Virus record (IMG/VR): IMGVR_UViG_3300026292_000623
Location: 1-64,000 of that record
Direction: 5' to 3' (one strand)
DNA length: 64,000 bases
Source of the DNA: a virus
The notes under the pieces are model-generated. The model saw only the letters and a list, made by a program, of their open reading frames with translations, had not been told where the DNA came from and did not search any database. The position numbers were made by a program, and so were the translations under genes. Shown piece by piece: positions 39,321 through 48,948 of this stretch. The stretch's first letter is position 1, and every line of letters begins with the position of its first letter.

Positions 39321-40314
39321 TTTTATTTTTCTCCGAGTTAAAGACGAGGATGTCTGCTGAGTGCTTAACCTCTTTTCGTGTGTACCAGTTATATGCTGTC
39401 TTCACAATGTGATTCAAATCATACTGTGGAGTCCAACCTAATACACTATTTGTTATAAAATCATTTGCAACTAGTTTCGCAGGATCTCCTGCTCTAGCTG
39501 GTCCAAATGTTACATTAGGTTTTAAAGGAGTATTATCTTCTACGGCTTTTACAATTTCTTTATTACTGTAGCCTTTTCCTTCACCTAAATTAAATACATG
39601 AGCACCTATGTTACTCTTTGTAAATTCTACTGCTTTTGCTATTCCGTTAGCAACATCTTCTACATGAACATAATCTCTTATACAAGTTCCATCTGGTGTT
39701 TTAAAATTATCACCATTAAGTGTAAAGTCTTTTCCGTCCATAGTCATTTCCATAAGTTTAGCAATAATATGAGTTCCATCTTTTTCTTGACCTAACTCAC
39801 CTTCGCTATCTGCACCTGCTACATTAAAGAAACGTAAACTTACACTAGATAAACTATAAGCTCTAGCAAAGTCTTTTAACATAATCTCTGTCATACGTTT
39901 ACTCCAGCCATATGGATTAACTGGTTTTACTTCATCTGTTTCTGTGCAATATTCACCGTCTGGTTCTCCATAAACTGCCGCACTACTTGCAAATACAAAT
40001 CTACTTATACCAACAGTTTTACAAGCATCTAGTAAAACTAGAGTGCCAGTTACATTATTAAAATAATAAGATGCAGGATCAAGTACACTAGGGCCTACTA
40101 AACTTGTTGCACCAATATGTACTACACAATCAACATCTTTTAAAAATGCTAAAATAGCAGGATCTGTATAACTACCTTCAAAGAAATCATTATAATAATC
40201 ATGTCTTATAGGATTACGATCAACTGCTACTACAAAATGTTTATCGTTTATTAATTTTTTACAAGTTTGAGCACCAATATATCCATTTGCTCCTGTTACT
40301 AATACCTTAGCCAT
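39307..40314 (-). CDS. galE: UDP-glucose 4-epimerase
   Basis: TGANGYIG, SSAAVYG, YGWSK, RFFNVAGA, DGTCIRDYVHV. Confidence 0.9.
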   Translation of the reverse strand: MAKVLVTGANGYIGAQTCKKLINDKHFVVAVDRNPIRHDYYNDFFEGSYTDPAILAFLKDVDCVVHIGATSLVGPSVLDPASYYFNNVTGTLVLLDACKTVGISRFVFASSAAVYGEPDGEYCTETDEVKPVNPYGWSKRMTEIMLKDFARAYSLSSVSLRFFNVAGADSEGELGQEKDGTHIIAKLMEMTMDGKDFTLNGDNFKTPDGTCIRDYVHVEDVANGIAKAVEFTKSNIGAHVFNLGEGKGYSNKEIVKAVEDNTPLKPNVTFGPARAGDPAKLVANDFITNSVLGWTPQYDLNHIVKTAYNWYTRKEVKHSADILVFNSEKNKNGKK

Positions 40315-41532
40315 TTAATACTTTGCCTCCGCTACGTGATCTCTATATCTATTACCACTACGTAACCATTGATTAGCTTTATAGTTTCCTTCCATAATAT
40401 CTATCATACGTTCAATAGTACCATCTGTCCAATCACTTAACTTACCCATTTTCTCACTTGGCTTTTCTAATCCAGTCATAATTTTAGCAACTGCATCTTC
40501 TTTACTCCAAGGAGTATAAAGTCTACTATAATCATTTGCAAACGTTTCTGGAAAGCTTCTGTAAGCTGGATATACTACGTTACAACCTAATGTATCTGCT
40601 TCACTTACTGTATTACTAACCCAATCTTGTAATGCACAATTAAATAAAACTTTACTATCATTTACTATATTATAATAATCGTTTTTTTGCAAGTCTTTAT
40701 ATATCTTTAATTGACCTTTTTCTTCCATTTCCAAAGCTCTAGTTAAATACTTTTCATTATTACTTCTTAATGGACCACCACTTAATACTGCAAACTCTAC
40801 AGGATCAATTCTATCTGTTAAATCTTTTCTATCAAAGTTTCTAGTTTGTTCATGCACCATTTCAATAACATCCATAAAAAAGTCTGGTTGTTTCTCTTGA
40901 TCAAAACGTGCCGCAAATACAACTCTATTACTACGTTCTGCCCATGGCTTAACTTTATTGTTTACTCTTTCTAATACTTCTTCTTTACCAAAACTTAAAC
41001 CTGATATATTATAAATTGGTGCCTCCCAACCTGCTATTCTCATATGAGCAACCATCTCTTCATTTGTTGCTAGTATATGAACATTAGGAATTTCATTACA
41101 CATTTTTTCATACAAGCCCATCCATTTGCTCATACCCCATACGTGAACAAAATCATCTGGATCAACAGCCTGTGCTAAACAACGTAAGAAAATCTTAGGT
41201 CGTTGTGCTTCTGGAATTTGACACATAATATATGGTAAACTCTCAATACCTGGTTGAAACATATCTTCGAAGAAAACTGCATCTTCATGAGTTACTTCTC
41301 CGTTTCTCATCATTTGTACTAAATTCATAAGTTGACTCATACCAAAGTAACTTCTACCGTGTGCATCTAATACTTGTCCTACACTAATTGATTTTGTGTT
41401 ATCAATAGTAGTACCTGGTACAATAACATAATCTATATTTTTCTTTTTAAATACTCTTTCGCTCCACTCTTGTAATTGTAGAGTATATCTGCCTTCATAT
41501 GGTTCTAATCCCATATAGAATAATTTACGCAT
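40315..41532 (-). CDS. GT-B fold glycosyltransferase (GT4-like)
   Basis: VVFAARFDQEKQP; ALQDWVSNTVSEA..LG..VYP (D/E-x7-E type); 405 aa two-domain size. Confidence 0.75.
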   Translation of the reverse strand: MRKLFYMGLEPYEGRYTLQLQEWSERVFKKKNIDYVIVPGTTIDNTKSISVGQVLDAHGRSYFGMSQLMNLVQMMRNGEVTHEDAVFFEDMFQPGIESLPYIMCQIPEAQRPKIFLRCLAQAVDPDDFVHVWGMSKWMGLYEKMCNEIPNVHILATNEEMVAHMRIAGWEAPIYNISGLSFGKEEVLERVNNKVKPWAERSNRVVFAARFDQEKQPDFFMDVIEMVHEQTRNFDRKDLTDRIDPVEFAVLSGGPLRSNNEKYLTRALEMEEKGQLKIYKDLQKNDYYNIVNDSKVLFNCALQDWVSNTVSEADTLGCNVVYPAYRSFPETFANDYSRLYTPWSKEDAVAKIMTGLEKPSEKMGKLSDWTDGTIERMIDIMEGNYKANQWLRSGNRYRDHVAEAKY

Positions 41533-41947
41533 CAGCTTTCACCTCCTCTACTTCGTTATCATTTGAAGCTTCTTCTTTTGGTTGAATCCAAAGTTTGCCC
41601 ACGTGTATTTTTAGTTTTTTAGGGCTACGATCTTTCTGCATTTTAATTTGAATGTCAAAAGTAATAGCATTTTCCTTTTCAGTAGGAACTATTTCAAAGC
41701 TGAAAATCTTTCTAGCTTCTCGTAGATCTCCCAAATAAGAATTAAATACACTAATCAATTGATTAGTTTCTTTTTCATTATACATATAACCATCATATGG
41801 TTGTATAATCTTAAGTAGGTCATATTTAATATCATTGATATTATAGAACCCACTCATTCTAAAGTAACGAACCGCGACACTTTCTTCTTTGCGTTCACGT
41901 TTTACAAAGTCTTTTTTTACTTCAACGTTTTTATTATCTGTAGACAT
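41525..41947 (-). CDS. hypothetical protein
   Basis: Intact ORF within the deazaguanine cluster. Confidence 0.6.
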   Translation of the reverse strand: MSTDNKNVEVKKDFVKRERKEESVAVRYFRMSGFYNINDIKYDLLKIIQPYDGYMYNEKETNQLISVFNSYLGDLREARKIFSFEIVPTEKENAITFDIQIKMQKDRSPKKLKIHVGKLWIQPKEEASNDNEVEEVKADA

Positions 41948-41950
41948 TGT

Positions 41951-42352
41951 CTATCCTTTAGTTACAGGGTTAAAAGTCATTGTTGCACCATTCTCGTTAT
42001 CTTCTGCAACACTTATTGTTATTGATCTATTTGGATACCTATTATGAATTTGATTAGCTAACTCTTCACCAATCATTTCACAACTTCTATGATTAAGTTC
42101 TAGGACTCCATCTTTAGCATATAATGATTCTAGCCATCTTTTAAATTGAATAAATTCAATATCTCTGTCATCGTGGAATACATCAATTGCTACTCTAAAG
42201 TGAAAAATATGTCTGTGTGCATATCCTAAGAAACTCACATCATATTCATCACCTGTTGCAAGAGCTGGGTCATCTTTTGCCGCAGGGTACAAATGTACTC
42301 CTTCTTTTTGAAATGTTACCCAAATTTGCCTTGTCGTCACATCTAGTGCCAT
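41951..42352 (-). CDS. QueD-like T-fold protein (possible DpdL-type CDG decarboxylase)
   Basis: H...LGYAHRHIF metal motif, SCE, C-terminal EDNENG; lacks the CxxxHGH of canonical QueD. Confidence 0.7.
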   Translation of the reverse strand: MALDVTTRQIWVTFQKEGVHLYPAAKDDPALATGDEYDVSFLGYAHRHIFHFRVAIDVFHDDRDIEFIQFKRWLESLYAKDGVLELNHRSCEMIGEELANQIHNRYPNRSITISVAEDNENGATMTFNPVTKG

Positions 42353-42353
42353 A

Positions 42354-42551
42354 TTATTCTTTCTCTTCTCTATCTGCCTTCATTAATTTTAGCATTTCCC
42401 AAAGTTTCCAGTCAATTGCTTCTAGATACTTCATTAATTGCTTTTTGTAAACATCATCTGCTACAGCCTCATCAACTGGTGCGTCTGGATTTACAACTCC
42501 TGGTTCAGTAGCCTTAGCTTCTTCATCCATTAAACGTATTTTTTTAGTCAT
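42354..42551 (-). CDS. hypothetical protein
   Basis: GGAG-type RBS; IDWKLWE. Confidence 0.55.
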   Translation of the reverse strand: MTKKIRLMDEEAKATEPGVVNPDAPVDEAVADDVYKKQLMKYLEAIDWKLWEMLKLMKADREEKE

Positions 42552-42561
42552 TTAGATTCTC

Positions 42562-43101
42562 CTATTCGATTATCTTATCTGATTTATATTGATCCCATTG
42601 TGTGAATCTATCGCGATCCATCAAATCATGAACTCTATGAGTCCATACTCCTTTGTTGGTTGCATTAAAATCTGTGTCATCAATTTTAATACAAGCATTA
42701 TATCCCAACTGTTCAATGTCTGGAACCTTAACACTAATCATTGGTATAAAATTATTATATTTTGTGTAACCTGCTTCTTGTATCCATTCTAAGTATTCAT
42801 GTTCAAAGTCTAATGTTACAAGTAATCCTTCTTCACATAGTGTCTTAACTAGATTATCCCAACCTTCTTCTTGTTGCTTTAATATCTCATCATTATCTGA
42901 TAAATCAAAACTTTGATTTGCTCCTAGATAAACGTGTTCAACATTGTTTTTCATTGCAAGTTCTATTACTTCTTCTGGATCTTGCATACCTACAACAAAC
43001 AAAGTTTCTTTACCAAATGCAGGTGTATGTTCTATTTCAACACCCTTAAAGAATGTTATACCGTCAATTGGTTTTGAACTTGTTGAGTAATCTCTTTTCA
43101 T
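42562..43101 (-). CDS. hypothetical protein in deazaguanine cluster
   Basis: Enzyme-like motifs GVEIEHTP..G..TLFV, HVYLGANQSF, KIDD.DF.ATN.GVW. Confidence 0.65.
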   Translation of the reverse strand: MKRDYSTSSKPIDGITFFKGVEIEHTPAFGKETLFVVGMQDPEEVIELAMKNNVEHVYLGANQSFDLSDNDEILKQQEEGWDNLVKTLCEEGLLVTLDFEHEYLEWIQEAGYTKYNNFIPMISVKVPDIEQLGYNACIKIDDTDFNATNKGVWTHRVHDLMDRDRFTQWDQYKSDKIIE

Positions 43102-43284
43102 TTAATAAGCCTCTGCTAATTGTGTTTCTAATCTTGTGATTTGCATTTTTAAATCAAGTTTTTTATACTTTAATTCTTTTAATACTTCTTCACTAGCATA
43201 CTGATTATATAACGTATTAATTTCTTTGTCAAGCATTCTGTGTTTTTTCTTTAATGTATTTAGATATGTTGCTTTATCAGCCAT
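43102..43284 (-). CDS. DUF465 / YdcH-like coiled-coil protein
   Basis: L.KKH..LD.EI ... LK.KKL.LK..I. Confidence 0.65.
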   Translation of the reverse strand: MADKATYLNTLKKKHRMLDKEINTLYNQYASEEVLKELKYKKLDLKMQITRLETQLAEAY

Positions 43285-44785
43285 TTGTTTCCTCCAAGTT
43301 ACTTAAGAAGTCTTCTGCGGCCTCTACTTGTTCGCTAGTATACTCGCCGTCATCAACGTCTTGTATATCATCACCAGAATCAAATAAACTATCAAATGCA
43401 CTCTGTGAAGTTTTGATAGACTTCATTCCACTGAAATGAGTAAGCATTGATTCTGCTTCTTCTAACATCTGCATTGGCTTTTCACTCTTAAACAATTTAT
43501 TAATGAACTCCGTAACATAAATTACATCTCTAGGAACCCATAAATCAAATTCTTCTTGTTTAGGTTTTACTTTACGCCATTCTAAATGACTTGGCTTATA
43601 TCTTGTACAAGCAATATCTGCCAATGTATTTGCTCTTTGCACACTCTCAATATGTTGGTATACATTGTGTGCCATTAATAAGAAGTATGAGAAACTATCC
43701 CAACTTGTCTTACCTTCTTTACCAATTTTGTTTAACATACCTGGGCCCATATAACATAAGTCACCCATTGTCATACGTTCTCCAATAGGACTATTGAATG
43801 GGAAAGGTATATTGCTATGTTGAAATTTCTTATCGTCAACTGCTTGTTCCATTACATAACTAAACTTATCGTTACGATGAACGTGTTGACTATATGCTTG
43901 TCCTTTGGCTGTAGTAATAAAAGGACTAGCGGCATCATACGTAACCATCATATTAGGATTAATAGTTTCTCTAATGTTACGTTGTATTGCCGTAAAGATA
44001 CAAGACCAATTAAGTTTACTTGTACCCAAATAGTGAATTAAATCTCTGCCTGGATCTAATAATTTCTCATCTCGCATTACAATAAGTCTACGTAGAGCAA
44101 GATGCAACTGCTTCATATTATAACCTGCCATTGCCCAACCTTCAAATGGATAATGCTTAACTGCACTAAACCAATCATCAGCTTGTTGCTCATTGTTACC
44201 TTGTAACACATTTAAGAATTTAGTTTTACCTTGTCTATGTTTAACAAAGTAATCATTATTATGAATAGTATAATCTAAACAATCAACCCAGTCTTTTAAT
44301 CCTGTTTTAGCATTCAATGGTGGAGCCGCCGCTAGTGTAGGAACATCTAACACCATACTATAATCGGCTGTATGCTCTAACCAATTTAAAATTGTTTTAC
44401 GTAAATCATCATCAGTTTTAAAATTAGGCCAATCACATTTAATTACACCTGTTGCAATTTGAAATCCACCACTGTCTCCAAGTATGAAACTATGCTCTCT
44501 ATCTCTTTTTTGAATCATAGGTTCTTGCTCATCACTCTTTGCTGGATCTCGAGTGGCGTGACCTGCAGAGTATAAACCCCACTTGTAACTATAATAAGTA
44601 TCTTTTGGTTTTAGGAAATCAAAGCCATCTATGCCAAACTCAAAGCCCTTGGGCATTCTTTCTGGTTTAACAAAGTCAGGCCTTTTCTGTGCTTGTCTAA
44701 TGAATTTAGAATAAAAACTACTAATGCTCGGCAAGAATACTGAGTAGTCTTTATTACTTTCTGTAAGATTTTTGTTACTTGCCAT
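43277..44785 (-). CDS. guanine transglycosylase (TGT superfamily; DpdA-like)
   Basis: DSGGFQ, MVLDVP, NVLQG, GWA, HYLG, YDAASP, C-terminal HN; no CxCxxC zinc motif. Confidence 0.85.
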   Translation of the reverse strand: MASNKNLTESNKDYSVFLPSISSFYSKFIRQAQKRPDFVKPERMPKGFEFGIDGFDFLKPKDTYYSYKWGLYSAGHATRDPAKSDEQEPMIQKRDREHSFILGDSGGFQIATGVIKCDWPNFKTDDDLRKTILNWLEHTADYSMVLDVPTLAAAPPLNAKTGLKDWVDCLDYTIHNNDYFVKHRQGKTKFLNVLQGNNEQQADDWFSAVKHYPFEGWAMAGYNMKQLHLALRRLIVMRDEKLLDPGRDLIHYLGTSKLNWSCIFTAIQRNIRETINPNMMVTYDAASPFITTAKGQAYSQHVHRNDKFSYVMEQAVDDKKFQHSNIPFPFNSPIGERMTMGDLCYMGPGMLNKIGKEGKTSWDSFSYFLLMAHNVYQHIESVQRANTLADIACTRYKPSHLEWRKVKPKQEEFDLWVPRDVIYVTEFINKLFKSEKPMQMLEEAESMLTHFSGMKSIKTSQSAFDSLFDSGDDIQDVDDGEYTSEQVEAAEDFLSNLEETNG

Positions 44786-44812
44786 TTACTATCCTTTTAA
44801 GTAAGGTTAAAA

Positions 44813-45565
44813 TTATACAGTTAATGCTGGTAAGATGTAGTCGTATTTGCCTAATCCTGAATCAACTGAAATCATTAATGCACCTTTTTTACTGATGTTC
44901 ATTACACAAGTTCCGCTCATACCTAGTCTTAAAATTGCTAACACTTGGTTTAATGGCCATGCATAACCTTCTTTTATTTCTCCATTTACATTGTTTGCAA
45001 ATGTACGTTTACCTGTAAAAGATCCATCAGCGGCACCTACTGTAAGAATTAAATCACCATTATCTGTTTTAACAGTAAAGTTAGGTTCAATTCCACCATA
45101 GATTCCTGCAACTGCTTGAAGCTCACTTACTTTAGCTTTAGTAGGTGCAAAACTTACATCCCACTCAACGCCTTTGAACTTAACAGTTTGTAAGGTCTGT
45201 TCAATAATTTCTTTACTCATAAATCTGTATTGATCCGTATTGCCTTCTTTGTCTTTAAACAATAAATGATCTGGAACTGTTGCTCCATTACGTTCACGAG
45301 TTACTACATCAACTGTAGCATCATCTGTTTGATAGTTAGGTAGTCCTGTAACACCAGATAAAAATCCAAGGTTTCCAAGACCAAATTCGCCGTTAAATTG
45401 TTCAACTGTATTATGCATTTTTGCTTGTAAGATTACTGTACGATCAGCATCCATTGCATCTAATTCAGTAGACTCATCTGTGCCTGTTACTTTCACTGAA
45501 GTAATAAAGCCTAGTCCGGCTGTGTGCTTAACAATGTCTTGCACTATATCACGAGTTTGACTCAT
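44813..45565 (-). CDS. gp45-like DNA polymerase sliding clamp
   Basis: 250-aa alpha/beta protein ending ISKKGALMISVDSG..YDYILPA, as in PCNA/gp45-type clamps; phage replication context. Confidence 0.65.
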   Translation of the reverse strand: MSQTRDIVQDIVKHTAGLGFITSVKVTGTDESTELDAMDADRTVILQAKMHNTVEQFNGEFGLGNLGFLSGVTGLPNYQTDDATVDVVTRERNGATVPDHLLFKDKEGNTDQYRFMSKEIIEQTLQTVKFKGVEWDVSFAPTKAKVSELQAVAGIYGGIEPNFTVKTDNGDLILTVGAADGSFTGKRTFANNVNGEIKEGYAWPLNQVLAILRLGMSGTCVMNISKKGALMISVDSGLGKYDYILPALTV

Positions 45566-45598
45566 TTAGTTTCTCCTGTTTGAGTTATTAATATAAAC

Positions 45599-45627
45599 AT
45601 ATTACAATAGTATTTAGAAAATGTCAA
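45599..45627 (-). promoter_or_regulatory. sigma70-type promoter for the clamp-TGT operon
   Basis: TTGACA-17 nt-TAATAT; CTAAATA late-like motif within the spacer. Confidence 0.6.
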
Positions 45628-45646
45628 CAAAAACATTGACTTATAC

Positions 45647-46186
45647 CTATTTTAATTTAAGTTTTAGTTTACCAATAGATTGTTGAACACATAATGCCTG
45701 TACTTTACAATCTTCTAAAGCATTATGGGCATCAAAGTCTATTTCTTTTCTTGGATCATTTGGCATAATACTGAATAGTGTTCTACTATCTCTTATTTTC
45801 CAAAATGCCCAAGGTATATGATGTTGGTACTGCTTATACATATTTTCTAGTATAACTATATCGAATGCAGGTCCTTGGCACCATATAACATCAGCACCAA
45901 CACACCATTTATTTAGATGTTGTAGGACTTCTAGTACCGGAGTTCTTCCTTCGTCACCAAGTGCTTCATCTCTAACACTTTTTTCTTGCCTACTCCACCA
46001 TTCTAGGGTGCTGTCTAATGTTGTTCTTCCTTTTGCTAACTGTTCATCTACATCAAATCGATAGTAGAATTCATTGTGAGTATCACTGATTTCGTTAGGG
46101 TTGAACTTTACCCCTCCTATAGTTAAAACAACACAATCAGGTCCTGTGCCTAATGTTTCTAAATCTATCATTGCGTGTGTTGTCAT
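45647..46186 (-). CDS. DEDDh 3'-5' exonuclease (DexA-like)
   Basis: MIDLETL, W..G..FD, RD.RT, HNALED. Confidence 0.85.
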   Translation of the reverse strand: MTTHAMIDLETLGTGPDCVVLTIGGVKFNPNEISDTHNEFYYRFDVDEQLAKGRTTLDSTLEWWSRQEKSVRDEALGDEGRTPVLEVLQHLNKWCVGADVIWCQGPAFDIVILENMYKQYQHHIPWAFWKIRDSRTLFSIMPNDPRKEIDFDAHNALEDCKVQALCVQQSIGKLKLKLK

Positions 46187-46641
46187 TACCAGTTATCCTC
46201 ACTCCATTGTATACCTTTAATTTTTTGTACACAATTATTAAGTTCTTCTTTTGTAGAAGATTCGATAGCACCAACTAACCATTGCATTGCAAATGGTTTT
46301 GTTTTACTTCTTTTATTATCAATTAAATACTGCTTCACTTCTTCTTCGTTAATATTGTTATTGTAAATATACCTTGCAATTTGATAATAGGTATCTTCTA
46401 CCCAATGAGTATTTTTAATATTTCTAGTAATTGTAGCATTGTTGGTAATATCTGTCAATACAAACTTATCTGTATATAATGAGTGAAAATTTAAACTACG
46501 TGGAAAAGGTATTTCAAATTTCCAACATTGTCTTGATAAGCGGGTCGCATAAAATGATACTAACTGATAATCGTAAAAATTATTCCATAATTTATAGTCA
46601 TTATCTAGTTCTTGTTCATCTAGTTTAATATCTTGTATCAT
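46186..46641 (-). CDS. hypothetical protein
   Basis: ORF with own promoter. Confidence 0.5.
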   Translation of the reverse strand: MIQDIKLDEQELDNDYKLWNNFYDYQLVSFYATRLSRQCWKFEIPFPRSLNFHSLYTDKFVLTDITNNATITRNIKNTHWVEDTYYQIARYIYNNNINEEEVKQYLIDNKRSKTKPFAMQWLVGAIESSTKEELNNCVQKIKGIQWSEDNW

Positions 46642-46676
46642 TTATCATCGCGATTCAAAGTTTCAGTTTAAAGTTT

Positions 46677-46705
46677 ATTGTAGCAGATTAAAGGTTACTT
46701 GTCAA
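46677..46705 (-). promoter_or_regulatory. sigma70-type promoter (extended -10)
   Basis: TTGACA-17 nt-TACAAT preceded by TG. Confidence 0.65.
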
Positions 46706-47830
46706 GTCTTTTTGTATTGATTTATAGAAGTCGGTAAACTCTGGAAATGCTTTTTCAAATGAGTTACCATGATAGTTATCATGTCTATTGATAATATTTT
46801 TTCTGCTCCACAAGTCTGGTTGTGTTGGTTTTATATTTTTAAATGCCATTTGTATATTTGGGTAATCTTTCCAATGTTCAACTAGTTTATCTAAATGCTC
46901 TTGTGGTAAACAATCAATGCTTAAATCATATGGGTTGGTAACAAAATTATGCCTCACTTTATCAACATATTTAGATAGGTTATCAAAAACATACCTGGCC
47001 GCATATGAGTTTGGCCAACCTATGGCTGTTCTTATTGTTGTGTGTATTGATTCTGGATCAGTTTGTTTAAATTTATGAAACTCTTTTAGATTATTAAAAA
47101 CTGTATTCCACGTACCTTTATGTCTCCAATAGTTATGTTGATCTTCTATACAATCTATACTGATTGCCAAGTCAACGTCAGCAAATCCACTTACAGTTTC
47201 AAAAACATCATAGCCATGTCTTTTTAATATACTGCCATTGGTTGATATACTTATACTAGTTTCTTTTTCTCTGCCTAGCTCTTTAATCTTATTACATATC
47301 TCATAAAAAGATTTGGTCATTAATGGTTCACCTCCTGCAAACGATACGTGTTCTACAGTATGTAAATTATCTAAACATTGTTTTAATTCGTGTACGTTAT
47401 TAAGTACTCCTGTCTTTCCAAGTTGACCTTCAATTTTGGCGTGTGTACTGCTCAAATAACTGCCACACATTTTACAACTAAAATTACATAGATTACTTTC
47501 TCTATAATCTAAATACCTTAGTACAAACTTATCCGGTTGCCATGGGCGGTGTTCATTTAAATATTTTTCATTGAATTCTTGTCTTAATGATTTAGTTCCT
47601 TTTTGCTCTTGCGATACACAATTAGTACACATAGATGGAAGTATATCAGAATCTAACATAATCTTTTTGAACTTTTCCATTTCTGGATGTGTGAAACGTT
47701 CTTCAAAAGACATATGTCTTTTTTCTTTATTGGGAATTAATATTTTATTTGCTTCGCAACATACTTGTACACCTCCATTAGTATGATCATATGTTGTTAT
47801 CCACGGTGCTATACAAGACGGCTTTTTCAT
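46688..47830 (-). CDS. radical SAM protein with N-terminal twitch/SPASM-like domain
   Basis: CIAPW..VCC..CTNC; CNFSCKMC; AGGEP; STNG. Confidence 0.85.
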   Translation of the reverse strand: MKKPSCIAPWITTYDHTNGGVQVCCEANKILIPNKEKRHMSFEERFTHPEMEKFKKIMLDSDILPSMCTNCVSQEQKGTKSLRQEFNEKYLNEHRPWQPDKFVLRYLDYRESNLCNFSCKMCGSYLSSTHAKIEGQLGKTGVLNNVHELKQCLDNLHTVEHVSFAGGEPLMTKSFYEICNKIKELGREKETSISISTNGSILKRHGYDVFETVSGFADVDLAISIDCIEDQHNYWRHKGTWNTVFNNLKEFHKFKQTDPESIHTTIRTAIGWPNSYAARYVFDNLSKYVDKVRHNFVTNPYDLSIDCLPQEHLDKLVEHWKDYPNIQMAFKNIKPTQPDLWSRKNIINRHDNYHGNSFEKAFPEFTDFYKSIQKDLTSNL

Positions 47831-48924
47831 TATTTAAATTGTTCAGCAAATGGATCGAACTCTGTTCCACATTTCATTGAACATACGCCTAGCTTTCCAT
47901 TTTTGATACTATCTAATTTCCAACTACGTTGTATATCCTGCATGATACCACTTGCGAATACTCCTTCTATTCCGTGTAACTTTGCATTTATCCCATCTTT
48001 ACCACCAGCTCTATCAATAAAGTCCCATATCTGTTCTACTTTAGGATCTTCGTGCCACCACTTATACATTCTACCTGCTGTCCAACAACAAGGCATTATT
48101 AATCCTTCTGCGGTTACAAATATACTATTCTTTTCACCGTTAGCTACTTTACATTTTATTTTAGCTTGGTTGTAATAATTCATCATACCACCATAACTTT
48201 TCTCTATCTCTTTTTGTTTTAATAAAGCAAGGTTTTGGTGTTCTTTCTTTTGTGGTTTTGCTAGTACGGTTGTCTGCTCCCCTTTTCTATTACGTGCTTG
48301 ATGTATCTCTTTTGGCTGACTTGATTGAGTAATAAAACGCCCTGTCTTCTTTTTCATAAACTTCTCAACGCCCCACTCTTTGGCTAACTGTTCAGCTCTA
48401 TCTACATCTTTTTCACTATGTTCAAATATTAAATAATCCCATCTTGCTCTTCCACCTGCATTAATAAATGCTTTCATATTACGTTCAACGTGTTCCCACT
48501 TAACACCTTGTCTATATAAATGATTAGTTTCTTCTAGTCCATCTACACTAAAGATTACACAACCTTTTTTGCCTATAACTTTAGCTACTTCTGCCCACCA
48601 TTCAGGTTTCTTTGCACCTGCATTAGTGTTCATACTTAACCACATATTAGGATTACAATCACGAAACCATTGAAATATTTCTAATGTATCTCTGGCACTA
48701 ATAGGATCACCCAAGTTACCACACATATACATCGTGTGTAATTGAGCTATAAAATCGTGTGGAAATATATCAATACAATGATCTAATGTAAGTTCTGCTT
48801 CTTTACCTTTGATGTGTGGATTTACTTCGCCGCCATTGACATTACGATCACACATAGGGCATGATGCATTGCACCGTTGGGTCACTTCGAGGTGAACTTC
48901 GTTTATGGCATTGTACTTGTACAT
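47830..48924 (-). CDS. radical SAM protein with C-terminal SPASM/twitch domain
   Basis: CNASCPMC, CGNLGDP, FSVDG; C-terminal KC...PCCW...CSMKC. Confidence 0.85.
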   Translation of the reverse strand: MYKYNAINEVHLEVTQRCNASCPMCDRNVNGGEVNPHIKGKEAELTLDHCIDIFPHDFIAQLHTMYMCGNLGDPISARDTLEIFQWFRDCNPNMWLSMNTNAGAKKPEWWAEVAKVIGKKGCVIFSVDGLEETNHLYRQGVKWEHVERNMKAFINAGGRARWDYLIFEHSEKDVDRAEQLAKEWGVEKFMKKKTGRFITQSSQPKEIHQARNRKGEQTTVLAKPQKKEHQNLALLKQKEIEKSYGGMMNYYNQAKIKCKVANGEKNSIFVTAEGLIMPCCWTAGRMYKWWHEDPKVEQIWDFIDRAGGKDGINAKLHGIEGVFASGIMQDIQRSWKLDSIKNGKLGVCSMKCGTEFDPFAEQFK

Positions 48925-48948
48925 AGGATATCTTTCTTAGTATTTATT

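Noticed and set aside
41525-41947. Faint resemblance to a tail-sheath C-terminal domain
   Set aside because: Pattern too weak to call without a profile search.
38634-44785. Canonical queuosine tRNA pathway
   Set aside because: No queC, queF, queA or queG in the window; the TGT is long, lacks the zinc motif and sits beside the clamp. A tRNA target is disfavoured, not disproved.
45623-45640. GTCAA-N8-TTGAC inverted repeat as operator or divergent promoter
   Set aside because: One arm is the -35 box, the other has no matching -10, and it is seen only once.
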